DNA of 64,000 nt from Myxococcales bacterium (GTDB lineage Bacteria > Myxococcota_A > UBA9042 > JABWCM01 > BTVJ01), in contig BTVJ01000012.1 in the NCBI GenBank assembly GCA_045863395.1, positions 64,001-128,000 of the forward strand, given 5' to 3'. This document shows positions 1-8,275 of the stretch, in pieces. Each line of letters begins with the position of its first letter. The first letter of the stretch is position 1. The position numbers and the translations under genes are program-made. The notes beneath the pieces are model-generated. The model did not search any database, had not been told where the DNA came from, and saw nothing but the letters and a program-made list of their open reading frames with translations.

Positions 1-2
1 GC

Positions 3-914
3 ATCGGCTTCGCGGCACGGACGTACGACGAGTCGGCCGACGCCCGCGCGGTGGCCGACTTCCTCGGGACGGTGCACCACGAGCGCCGCCTCGGCGACAG
101 CGACGGCCGCGACATCGTCGACCGGGCCATCGCGTGCTTCGACCAGCCGTTCTCGGACACGTCCCTGGTCCCGATGGTCGAGGTGGCGCGCGTCGCGGCG
201 GAGCACGTGAAGGTGGTGCTATCCGGCGACGGCGCCGACGAGCTCCTGGCGGGCTACCCGACGCACAAGGCGGACCGCGTCATGCAGGTCGCGCGGCATG
301 TGCCCGCCACGCTCCGGAGGGCCGCGGCGGGGGCGGCCCGGCGCCTCCTCCGGGAGTCCAACCGGCGCACGGACGTGGCCTTCAAGCTGCGCCAGCTCGC
401 GCGGGGTCTGCCCGGCGACTGGCGCGACGCCCACTACGCCTGGCGGGAGCTCCACGACGACGACGAGCGCGTCGCCCTGCTCGGCAAGGAGCACGAGGCG
501 CTCGTCCGCGACACGACGCCGCGCCGCACGTTCCGAGCCCACTTCGACGAGGTGCGGGACCTGGACCCGCTCGCCCAGTGCCTCTACGTGGACGCCAAGA
601 CCTGGCTGGTCGACGACATCCTCGTGAAGGTGGACCGTGCGACGATGGCCTTCTCGCTCGAGGCGCGGTCACCGTTCCTGGACCCGGACCTGGTCGAGCT
701 GGTCGCCTCGCTCCCCTCGTCGCTCAAGCTGCGCGGCCTCGATGGCAAGCACGTGCTCAAGCGCGCGCTCCGCGGCGTCCTGCCTGACCGCACCCTCCAC
801 AAGCGCAAGGCGGGCTTCAACGCGCCGCTGAACACGTGGCTCGGCCAGCGGGGCGAGAACGAGTTCCGCCTGTTCAACCGCATGGTCGCCGCGACCTGGG
901 GGCTCCTGCCATGA
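3..914 (+). CDS. asnB: Asparagine synthase (glutamine-hydrolysing)-like amidotransferase, C-terminal part (5' truncated by window edge)
   Basis: Frame open from nt 3 (IGFAARTYDESADARAVA). Motifs VKVVLSGDGADELLAGY, ILVKVDRATMAFSLEARSPFLD and KRKAGFNAPL. Context suggests a polysaccharide amidotransferase. Confidence 0.9.
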   Translation: MGFAARTYDESADARAVADFLGTVHHERRLGDSDGRDIVDRAIACFDQPFSDTSLVPMVEVARVAAEHVKVVLSGDGADELLAGYPTHKADRVMQVARHVPATLRRAAAGAARRLLRESNRRTDVAFKLRQLARGLPGDWRDAHYAWRELHDDDERVALLGKEHEALVRDTTPRRTFRAHFDEVRDLDPLAQCLYVDAKTWLVDDILVKVDRATMAFSLEARSPFLDPDLVELVASLPSSLKLRGLDGKHVLKRALRGVLPDRTLHKRKAGFNAPLNTWLGQRGENEFRLFNRMVAATWGLLP

Positions 915-1621
915 CGGACCGCCGCGTGGTCTCCGACGAGACGATGACCGCCGCCATCAAGTCGGCACACAACTACCACGCGTGGGTCTTCGGGTCGTTC
1001 GCGCGCTACCTGGTGGGCGGCACGGTGCTCGAGGTGGGCTCGGGGCACGGGCGCTACGCGCGTCACATCGCGCCACTCGTCGACAAGCTGTTGATCTCGG
1101 ACATCGACCCGGCGGCCGTGGACGCCATCCGGCGCGACCTCACGGACCTGGGCGACCGGGTGGAGTGCCTCGTCATGGACGGCGTGGACCCTGCGCGCCT
1201 GCCCGGCCTCCTCGACGCCGTCGTGCTCGTGAACCTGCTCGAGCACGTGGAGGACGACGCGGCGCTGCTCCGCCACTGCCGCGAGGCGGTGCGCCCGGGG
1301 GGCCGCGTGATCCTCTTCGTGCCGGCCTTCGAGGTCCTGTTCTCGCGCATGGACGCCGACGCAGGGCACTTCCGCCGCTACCGGCGGGGCACGCTGCTGC
1401 CGCTCGTCCGGGGGGCAGGCCTCCGCGTGATCGAGAGCCGGTACTTCAACTCTGTGGGCTTCTTCGGGTGGGGCGCGAACAAGCTCCTCGGCAGCCACGT
1501 GAACTCCGGGGCCACCAACGCCCAGGTCGCCGTCTACGACCGGCTGATCCCGCTCTTGCGGCACGCGGATCGGGTGCTGCCCTTCCTCGGGCAGTCCCTG
1601 GTGGTGATCGCCGAGAGGTGA
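911..1621 (+). CDS. Class I SAM-dependent methyltransferase
   Basis: VLEVGSGHG SAM motif, NLLEHVEDD, D..AGHFRRY. ATG overlaps the asnB stop (ATGA). Confidence 0.85.
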   Translation: MTDRRVVSDETMTAAIKSAHNYHAWVFGSFARYLVGGTVLEVGSGHGRYARHIAPLVDKLLISDIDPAAVDAIRRDLTDLGDRVECLVMDGVDPARLPGLLDAVVLVNLLEHVEDDAALLRHCREAVRPGGRVILFVPAFEVLFSRMDADAGHFRRYRRGTLLPLVRGAGLRVIESRYFNSVGFFGWGANKLLGSHVNSGATNAQVAVYDRLIPLLRHADRVLPFLGQSLVVIAER

Positions 1622-1651
1622 GCGGGCCCCCGGGCGAGCGGTCCGGGCCGC

Positions 1652-2584
1652 TCAGAGCTTCGTGCGCCGAAGCACCAGGTCCGCGAGGAGCCCCATGAAG
1701 CCGATCTGCACCCCAACGAGCATGATCAGGGACGAGCCCACCCCGAAGGCGTTGGTGCGCGCCAGGTCCACGAGCGCCTTCGCGAGGCCGACCGTGAAGA
1801 GCAAGAAGGCGGGCGGGATGAACACGTTGAGCGGCTTGAACCACGTGGCCAGGCGCACCACGAGGATCGTGAACCCGATGGTGTCCTTGATCGGGTGGAT
1901 CGACGAGCTGCCGACGCGCTTGAAGTAGTTGATCGGCACGAACTTCACGCGGTAGCCGTTCGTGAGCGCGGACACCGTGATCGTCGTCGTGAAGCTGAAG
2001 CCGTCGGGGTAGAGGCTGTAGAAGCGCTGGCCCAGCTCCTTGCGGAACAGGCGCAGGCCGCTGTTCAAGTCCGGGATGCGGAAACCCGACAGGTAGTTCG
2101 CGAGCTGATTGATCGCCCACTTGGCGGGGCGCCGCAGCATCGGGATGTGGACCTCCTCCCCCGTGCGGGCGCCGACCACCATGTCGTAGTCAGTCGTGGA
2201 GGCGGCCAGCCGCGCGATGTCGGTGATCGGGTAGGTGCCGTCGGCGTCGGTGATCGCGATCCAGCCGAAGCGGGCCTGCAGGAGCCCTGACTTGAGGGCG
2301 GCCCCGTAGCCCTCGTTGGCCGCCTTGGCGATCACGCGCACGCCAGCGTCCTGGGCGATGGCGGCGGTGCCGTCCCGCGAGCCATCGTCGATGACCAGGA
2401 TCTCGAAGGCGCACGCGAGGCTGCTCACCGTCTCGCGCACCTGGGCGATGGTGCTGGCGATGGAGCGGGCCTCGTTGTAGCAGGGGATCAGGATCGACAG
2501 GCCGAGCGCAACGACGCTCGTGTCATCGCGCACACCCTCGATGGCGGGCACCTCACCGGGCGGAAGCTGGCTGGCGGTCGTCAC
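1652..2584 (-). CDS. Glycosyltransferase family 2 (polyprenol-phosphate glycosyltransferase-like) with two C-terminal TM helices
   Basis: LIPCYNE, IDDGSRDGT, GYGAALKSG, DADGTY, DLNSGLR; hydrophobic C-terminus. Start codon uncertain. Confidence 0.9.
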   Translation of the reverse strand: MTTASQLPPGEVPAIEGVRDDTSVVALGLSILIPCYNEARSIASTIAQVRETVSSLACAFEILVIDDGSRDGTAAIAQDAGVRVIAKAANEGYGAALKSGLLQARFGWIAITDADGTYPITDIARLAASTTDYDMVVGARTGEEVHIPMLRRPAKWAINQLANYLSGFRIPDLNSGLRLFRKELGQRFYSLYPDGFSFTTTITVSALTNGYRVKFVPINYFKRVGSSSIHPIKDTIGFTILVVRLATWFKPLNVFIPPAFLLFTVGLAKALVDLARTNAFGVGSSLIMLVGVQIGFMGLLADLVLRRTKL

Positions 2585-2592
2585 GACCGCCG

Positions 2593-2621
2593 AAGGTACA
2601 CCCGCAGCGGCAGATGGTCAA
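2593..2621 (-). promoter_or_regulatory. sigma70-type promoter of the GT2 gene
   Basis: TTGACC-17 nt-TACCTT on the minus strand, 8 nt before GTG 2584. Confidence 0.55.
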
Positions 2622-2661
2622 AGGCTCCGGTCGAACACGGCGCTGCTCGCGCCGCGAAGAG

Positions 2662-4107
2662 TCAGGTGGGGGGGGCAGCCGGAGGGGAGGCCGGGACGGC
2701 AGTGACGCTCGGGGCCGCTGCCTCCAGCCAGGCGACGAGCCCGACGAGCCCGCCCACTACCCCGTAGAAGACGTGGTTGAGCTTCACGCCCGTGAAGTAG
2801 ACGGGCTCGGTCATGCCTGCCGCAAGCATCGCCATCATCGCCGTGAGGAGCGACGCGAGCGTGACCCTGTTGGTCCGCCCGGCGATGGGCAAGGCCCGCA
2901 TCCCCGCGCGGATCACGCGCCCGAGCAACAACACCACGACCAGGAACCCTTGCACGCCGATGCTCGTGAGGAACTCCAGGTAGATGTTGTGTGGGCTCGC
3001 GTACAGGAAGCCCAGGGTCCGGGACGTGAGCGCCTCCATGTAGTGTGTGTGCGCAAGCCCGAGACCGAACGGGTTTTCGGCGATGATCCCGATCGTGTGC
3101 CGCCAGAGCTCGGTGCGCACATCCTCCAGGCCGCGCTCCTGGTAGCGCTCGACGCTCTGGGTCAGTTGGTCCGCGAACACGGTCGTCAGGAGCAGGTAGG
3201 CGGCGATCAGAGCGGTGAGCAACACGGGGAGGACGCGCCCTCGACCGCGGGCGCCCTGCCCGAGGAGGGCGATCATCAGCAGGAGGGAGAACCCGGTCGC
3301 CAGCAGCCCACCGCGGCTCGCGGTCAGGACGAGGGAGCCCGCCATCGCCACCGCCACCGCGAAGGCGACGAGCGAGACGAGGCGCCGCCGCTCCGTCACA
3401 CCGATGAGCAAGGCGCCCGGCATGAACATGGCGTAGTAGCACGCGAGGTTGTTCGGGTTTCCGAGGGGGCTGGCGTAGCGCCAGTGCAGCATGGGGTCCG
3501 CCTCCGACTTGGGAGGCGTCAAGAACTCCTCCCCGGTCAGCACGAACTGGAAGTGGAGCGCAGCAAAGACGCCCCCGACTCCGATGAACACCCAGAGCAG
3601 GCGCCGGGCGTCCAGCGGAGTGCGGGCGATGGCGATGCCGAGGACGAAGTAGACGAGCGCCTCCAAGTAGGAGCGGCGGAAGCGATCGACGGCCAGGGCG
3701 AAGTCAGCGCTGCCCCACGAGGGCACCATCGCCACGATGCCGATGGCGAAGAGCAGCAGCCACAGGACGCCGTACCGCCCCAGCCGGGGGAATGTGCGGT
3801 CGCGCAGGGCCACCGACGCGAGCACCACCAGCGCGACTGGCTGTGACACGCTGATCCCCACGCCAAGCACCTGGCGATAGGCGATGACGGTGTCTTCGAG
3901 GAGCAGGAACGGCACAAACAGCGCGAAGGCCCGCACGGCGGAGGAGCGGGACATGAACAGCGCCAGGAACGTGAGCGGCACGAACAGCAGGTAGACCGTC
4001 CAGCGGACGCTGGACTGGACCCCGAGGAAGAGAGCGGCCGCAGCGCTGAGCCCCAACGTGAGGGCGACCAGCAGCGGCATCGCCGGGCCGGCGGAGGCAA
4101 CGCGCAT
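2662..4107 (-). CDS. O-antigen ligase (WaaL/Wzy_C) family membrane protein
   Basis: Many TM segments; SPLGNPNNLA, LTASRGG, R.ELW....II.ENPFGLG, SPHNIYLE..TS.GVQG. Confidence 0.85.
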   Translation of the reverse strand: MRVASAGPAMPLLVALTLGLSAAAALFLGVQSSVRWTVYLLFVPLTFLALFMSRSSAVRAFALFVPFLLLEDTVIAYRQVLGVGISVSQPVALVVLASVALRDRTFPRLGRYGVLWLLLFAIGIVAMVPSWGSADFALAVDRFRRSYLEALVYFVLGIAIARTPLDARRLLWVFIGVGGVFAALHFQFVLTGEEFLTPPKSEADPMLHWRYASPLGNPNNLACYYAMFMPGALLIGVTERRRLVSLVAFAVAVAMAGSLVLTASRGGLLATGFSLLLMIALLGQGARGRGRVLPVLLTALIAAYLLLTTVFADQLTQSVERYQERGLEDVRTELWRHTIGIIAENPFGLGLAHTHYMEALTSRTLGFLYASPHNIYLEFLTSIGVQGFLVVVLLLGRVIRAGMRALPIAGRTNRVTLASLLTAMMAMLAAGMTEPVYFTGVKLNHVFYGVVGGLVGLVAWLEAAAPSVTAVPASPPAAPPT

Positions 4108-4225
4108 CAGGGTGTTCCCGCCGCGCGCGGCGGCGTCGGGTGTTCGCTCATCCGTCCCCGGGGTGGTGCAGCCCGCCCGCTGCGCCCGACACTTGCGAAT
4201 GGTCCCCCGGCGGCGGCGCCGCGGG

Positions 4226-4255
4226 ATTATGGCACATCGGTCCCCGGCCCCTCAA
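4226..4255 (-). promoter_or_regulatory. sigma70-type promoter of the ligase-like gene
   Basis: TTGAGG-18 nt-CATAAT with an extended TG; overlaps the stop of the upstream gene. Confidence 0.45.
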
Positions 4256-6462
4256 GGCGGGAAAGGCGCGTCGAAGCGAAGCCGGAGCCAACCCAACAGT
4301 CGCCGCGCCAGGTCCGGGTGCTCCACCGACAGGTCGGCTCGGTACGCGGGGACGGCCGGGTCCCATGCGTCGGTGCGCAGGAGCTCCTCCGTGCCGAGCT
4401 GGGGTGTGTGAACCATCATCCATTCGCCGTACACGACGCCTACCTGTTCGCGGTCAACCATGAACAGGGGGCGGTCGGGCACCGGCACTGCGTCGACGAG
4501 CGCCGGCGCCAGCGAGATGCCGTCGATGTCCTCCAGCGGCGGGAGGCGGAGCAGGTCAAGGAGGGTCGGAGCAACGTCGACGAGGCCCGCGGTCGCCACC
4601 AGGTCCCGAGGCACGAGCCCTGGCGCACGGATCAGGACCGGGACGCGAGTGAGCCCCGGGTAGATCTGTCGGGCGTGGGTACGGTTGCCACGTTCCCCGA
4701 GGGCCTCGCCGTGGTCTGCGACCAGGACGACAATGGTGTCCCGGTCGAGGCCGCGCACCCGGAGCCCGTCGAGCAGCGCTCCGACCGAACGATCGAGCAG
4801 TCCCACGACCTGGTCGTAACGGCCCACCGCGCCCCCTTCCAGCTCGGCCGCGAGCGTCGCGGGGTCGTCGATGCGGTGCCACTGGTGGGCGTCCATGAAG
4901 TGCACCACCAGCGCAAATGGCCGTGCCACGTCCCTCCCGTCGAGCCACGCAAGCGCGTCCGCGGTCGTCCTGTCCCCAGTGGGGAAGCGGTCGGTGTCGG
5001 TGGGCGTGCGGACGACCTCGTCCACTTGCAGCAGTAGATCCGGGAACACCTTGTCCGCCCGTGCCAGGAGGACCATCGCCGTCTGCCACCCGCCATCGCG
5101 CAGCCGCCCGAGCACCGTCGGTCCCGTCTGTACCTGGCGCAGCGCACCGTGGAACATCGCAGGGACCGCGTATCGAGTCGATGCCGACGCGGACCAGGCG
5201 TCCGTCCAACGGACCGAGCTCGCGGCCAGCGCGCGCATGGCGGGGAACGCGTCCACCCGCGGCCCCAGCACCCGGTCCGCGCGGAGCGCATCCGCAACGA
5301 TGAAGACGAGGTTCGCTCCGCGGAGGCGGCTCCTCAGGTCCTCGACGCCTCCCACATCCCGCACCGGTGGTGCCGCGGGCGGAGGCTCCGGAGGAGCCCC
5401 CGGCACTCCGTCACAGTCCGCGTCGACGCCGCCGGGCACATCCACCCGGAGCGGGTTGCGGGCCGGGTCCAGGTCGTCACAGTCACCTCCGCCCAGCAGC
5501 GGCGAGTAGCCGTCACCGTCCAGATCCCAGGCACTGCGGATGCCCTCCGTCGCGATGGTCGTCACCATGTGGGTGTAGCGCAGATAGAGCCGGACGTCAT
5601 CCCGGTCCGTCCAGCCGCTGGCCGCCGCCCCGGCCGCGCCCAGCGCGACGGCACCAAGTGACAGCGGCCCGACGCGGCGAAGGGCCGGCAGCAGCGCCGC
5701 GTGCAGGGCCCAGAGTGCGCTGGCGGCGGCGAGGAGCACGGCGACGACGTGGAGGTAGAAGTACGCCTCCACCTGCTGGGTGCGCTCCGCGACGAGCAGC
5801 AGGGCCGCCACCGCCAGCCCCACCACGGTGGCCCCGACCGTCGCGGCAGGGTGTCGCGCCTCGATGCGCGGTGCAAGCGCCCGCAGCAGCAGCGACGCGC
5901 CCACGGCCCCGCCCAGCGTCGCGCCGAGGAAGAGCCAGGGGCCGGCATCCGCGACGGACGAGGCGGCGAGCCCCCGCCCCGCGAAGACCTTGCGCCCGAC
6001 GACGTAGACCGCCGGTGTCAGCAGCATGGCGTCGATGACAGCCCGGATGATGCGCACCCGGCGGAGCACTCTGGGCAGCTTCGCCGCCGCGCCCGCCAGG
6101 ACGCGCCCGACGCGGGCCGCCACCAAGTCGCCGAGGCAGAGCATCAGAACCACGACCACCCCGAGGGAGCACCCCAGGAACACGAGCAGCCCCGAAGCCC
6201 CCGCCGCGACCCACGGCAGCACGGCGGGAGCCTCGGCGCCCCCCATTCGCGCGAGATCCGTGATCGCTGCGAGCACCCCGACGAGCCCTCCGGAGGCGAC
6301 CACCGGCAGCGCCGCGCCGGAGGTGCCGCACGTCGCGACTCTGGGCCGGGGTGGCGAGGTGGAAGTGCTCACGGGGTCACGCTCTGGATGGGGCTGCCCG
6401 ACGAGGGAGGGTTCGGGCAGAGGCGCGGCGGTCGTCAGAGCCGAGCGTTCAGCACGGGCCAC
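4252..6462 (-). CDS. Membrane-anchored sulfatase/alkaline-phosphatase-superfamily hydrolase or transferase with a DxDGDG...DCDD metal-binding motif
   Basis: About 7 N-terminal TMs; DLDGDGYS..GGGDCDD; NLVFIVADALRAD, HFMDAH, YD..V..LD, LVADHGE, H, VP..IR.PG, VDVAPTLLDL. Start uncertain. Confidence 0.8.
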   Translation of the reverse strand: MARAERSALTTAAPLPEPSLVGQPHPERDPVSTSTSPPRPRVATCGTSGAALPVVASGGLVGVLAAITDLARMGGAEAPAVLPWVAAGASGLLVFLGCSLGVVVVLMLCLGDLVAARVGRVLAGAAAKLPRVLRRVRIIRAVIDAMLLTPAVYVVGRKVFAGRGLAASSVADAGPWLFLGATLGGAVGASLLLRALAPRIEARHPAATVGATVVGLAVAALLLVAERTQQVEAYFYLHVVAVLLAAASALWALHAALLPALRRVGPLSLGAVALGAAGAAASGWTDRDDVRLYLRYTHMVTTIATEGIRSAWDLDGDGYSPLLGGGDCDDLDPARNPLRVDVPGGVDADCDGVPGAPPEPPPAAPPVRDVGGVEDLRSRLRGANLVFIVADALRADRVLGPRVDAFPAMRALAASSVRWTDAWSASASTRYAVPAMFHGALRQVQTGPTVLGRLRDGGWQTAMVLLARADKVFPDLLLQVDEVVRTPTDTDRFPTGDRTTADALAWLDGRDVARPFALVVHFMDAHQWHRIDDPATLAAELEGGAVGRYDQVVGLLDRSVGALLDGLRVRGLDRDTIVVLVADHGEALGERGNRTHARQIYPGLTRVPVLIRAPGLVPRDLVATAGLVDVAPTLLDLLRLPPLEDIDGISLAPALVDAVPVPDRPLFMVDREQVGVVYGEWMMVHTPQLGTEELLRTDAWDPAVPAYRADLSVEHPDLARRLLGWLRLRFDAPFPP

Positions 6463-7864
6463 CGCAAGAGCCCCCGCAGTCCACGGAGGTCTCGTCGGCG
6501 TCCTTCGTGCCGTTCTGGCAGTGCGGAGGCCAGCACATGTCCCAGGTCGCCGGGTGCCCGTACCGAGGGCCGTTGTCGTTGCCGCACACGAGGCCAGGGG
6601 CGCAGTGGGCGTTGGAGTCGCAGTCGCCCTCTCCCGTCAGACACGGGCACTCGGTGCGGCAGTAGTCGGCTGCGCCCGGTGTCAGCGTGGAGCAGATGCT
6701 GCTCCAGCACATGTCCCAGATGGCAGGTTGCCCAAAGCGAGGCCCATTGTCGGTGCCGCAGACGAGGCCCGGTCCGCACTCCAGATTGCTGTCGCAGTCG
6801 CCCTGACCTTGGAGGCAAGGGCAGTCCTTTCGGCAGTAGTCGGTGGCGTTCGGGACGCGGGTCGCACAGGCCGGCGGCCAGCACATGTCCAGCGTGGCCG
6901 CGAAGCCCCACAGGGCGCCGTTGTCGGTCCCGCAGGTCAGCCCGGGCGCACACTCGGATGCCGTGTCGCAGTCGCCCTGGCCAGTGGTGCACGGGCACGC
7001 CGTGCTGCAGTAGTCGGCTGCTCCGAGGACCTTCGAGGCGCAGGTGCTCGACCAGCACACGTCCGTGGTCTTGGGGAAGCCGAACCGGGCCCCGTTGTCC
7101 GTACCGCAGACGGTGCCACTCACGCACTGGTTGTTGGCGTCGCAATCACCCTGGCCGGACAGGCAGGGGCAAGTCGGGGTGCAGAAGTCCTCGTCGCCGT
7201 TCACGCCGCCGCAAGTGCACGGGCCGCAGCTACCACCGCAGTCGGGGGACGTCTCGTCGCCGTCTTGCGTGCCGTTCTGGCAGTGGGCCGGCCAGCAGAC
7301 GTCCCAATAGTATGCGGGCATCCCAAAGCGGTCCCCGTTGTCGGTGCCGCAGACGAGCCCGGTCGCGCACTGGGCATCGGAATCACAGTCGCCCTGGCCT
7401 GAGCCACACCGGCACGACGACGTGCAGAAGTTCGTGTCACCGTTGGTGCCCGAGCAGGAGCAGGTGCCGCAGCCGCCGCCGCAGTCGACCTGCTGCTCGC
7501 CGCTGTCCAGCAGCCCGTTCTGACAGGTCGCGGGCCAGCAGACGTCCCACCCGGACGGCTGCCCGAACTTGGGCCCGTTGTCCACGCCGCAGACCAGGCC
7601 TTCAGCGCACTGCGCATCGGCGTCGCAGTCGCCCTCGCCTGACGCGCACAAGTTCACGGGATCGTTGCAGTAGTCGGTATCGCCGTTGTTGCCCCCGCTG
7701 CCCTTCATCAGGGAGCCCTCGATCGACTGCTCGTATAGCCCCGAGTCGTCCTGAAGGACGACGGGCTCGGTCTGGTCGCACGCGGACGACGCCAGAACCA
7801 CGAGGCCGAGAGCCAACAGGCTCCCCGATGATGCGGCCGCGCACCAGGACGAAATCTGTTTCAT
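6449..7864 (-). CDS. Cys-rich repeat lipoprotein (unknown function)
   Basis: Hydrophobic signal ending LASSAC; six GxGDCD..C..G.(V/T)CG.DNG modules plus three CQNG..D..E...DCGG.C modules. Confidence 0.8.
   Translation of the reverse strand: MKQISSWCAAASSGSLLALGLVVLASSACDQTEPVVLQDDSGLYEQSIEGSLMKGSGGNNGDTDYCNDPVNLCASGEGDCDADAQCAEGLVCGVDNGPKFGQPSGWDVCWPATCQNGLLDSGEQQVDCGGGCGTCSCSGTNGDTNFCTSSCRCGSGQGDCDSDAQCATGLVCGTDNGDRFGMPAYYWDVCWPAHCQNGTQDGDETSPDCGGSCGPCTCGGVNGDEDFCTPTCPCLSGQGDCDANNQCVSGTVCGTDNGARFGFPKTTDVCWSSTCASKVLGAADYCSTACPCTTGQGDCDTASECAPGLTCGTDNGALWGFAATLDMCWPPACATRVPNATDYCRKDCPCLQGQGDCDSNLECGPGLVCGTDNGPRFGQPAIWDMCWSSICSTLTPGAADYCRTECPCLTGEGDCDSNAHCAPGLVCGNDNGPRYGHPATWDMCWPPHCQNGTKDADETSVDCGGSCGGPC
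6452..7675 (-). repeat. Intragenic mosaic Cys-rich repeats A-B-A-B-A-A-A-A-B
   Basis: Recurring nucleotide units (GCAGTCGCCCT, CCCGTTGTCGGTGCCGCAG) on the plus strand, about 174 nt period in the A4 block. Confidence 0.85.
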
Positions 7865-8141
7865 CTCGGGCAGTCTCCCTTCCGTCGCTGTTGGGTCTCC
7901 ACGGGCACTTCAGGCCCGGCCAGGCCGCCGATTATCCACCAACGAGCACTGCGCAGCGCCCGTCACGGCGAACCTCACGGCGCGGCGACACATGACGCAC
8001 GCGCCGATCCGTTGCCCAAGGGTTGCGCCAAGGGGGCGCCTTCTGTCAAGGGCTGCGCGCCAAGACCACGCCCTGGCGCCGAGTTCGCGTGCAGACCGAC
8101 CGGCGGGTCCCCGGAACGTCCTGACTACGATGCGGGCTTGT

Positions 8142-8170
8142 TTGCCCGTGCGCGATCACGCCACTATCAT
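8142..8170 (+). promoter_or_regulatory. sigma70-type promoter
   Basis: TTGCCC-17 nt-TATCAT about 100 nt upstream of ATG 8276. Confidence 0.45.
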
Positions 8171-8275
8171 GGGTGCCCCAGGCCCGATGGGGCTGCGATC
8201 CCCTGGACCATCGATCGGACACGAGCGGCGCCGAATGCACGTGCGGCCCATCCTGCCCCGTTCCGCGGCCGCCTG

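Noticed and set aside
6452..7675. Regularly spaced nucleotide repeats as a possible CRISPR array
   Set aside because: Repeats are degenerate, in-frame coding units with ~174-nt period; no cas genes in the window.
7932..7940. Single DnaA-box-like TTATCCACC
   Set aside because: Isolated 8/9 match, better explained as the reverse complement of a GATAAT -10 element.
5701..7995. 764-aa Arg/Pro/Cys-rich plus-strand ORF with apparent repeats
   Set aside because: Off-frame antisense reflection of the Cys-rich repeat gene and the sulfatase-fold gene.
8012..8275. Long N-terminal extensions in the ORF track (also before 13352, 17598, 53026 and upstream of pnp, truB, nusA, miaB, glgA)
   Set aside because: Stop-poor GC-rich sequence; SD, promoter and homology evidence point to the shorter starts.
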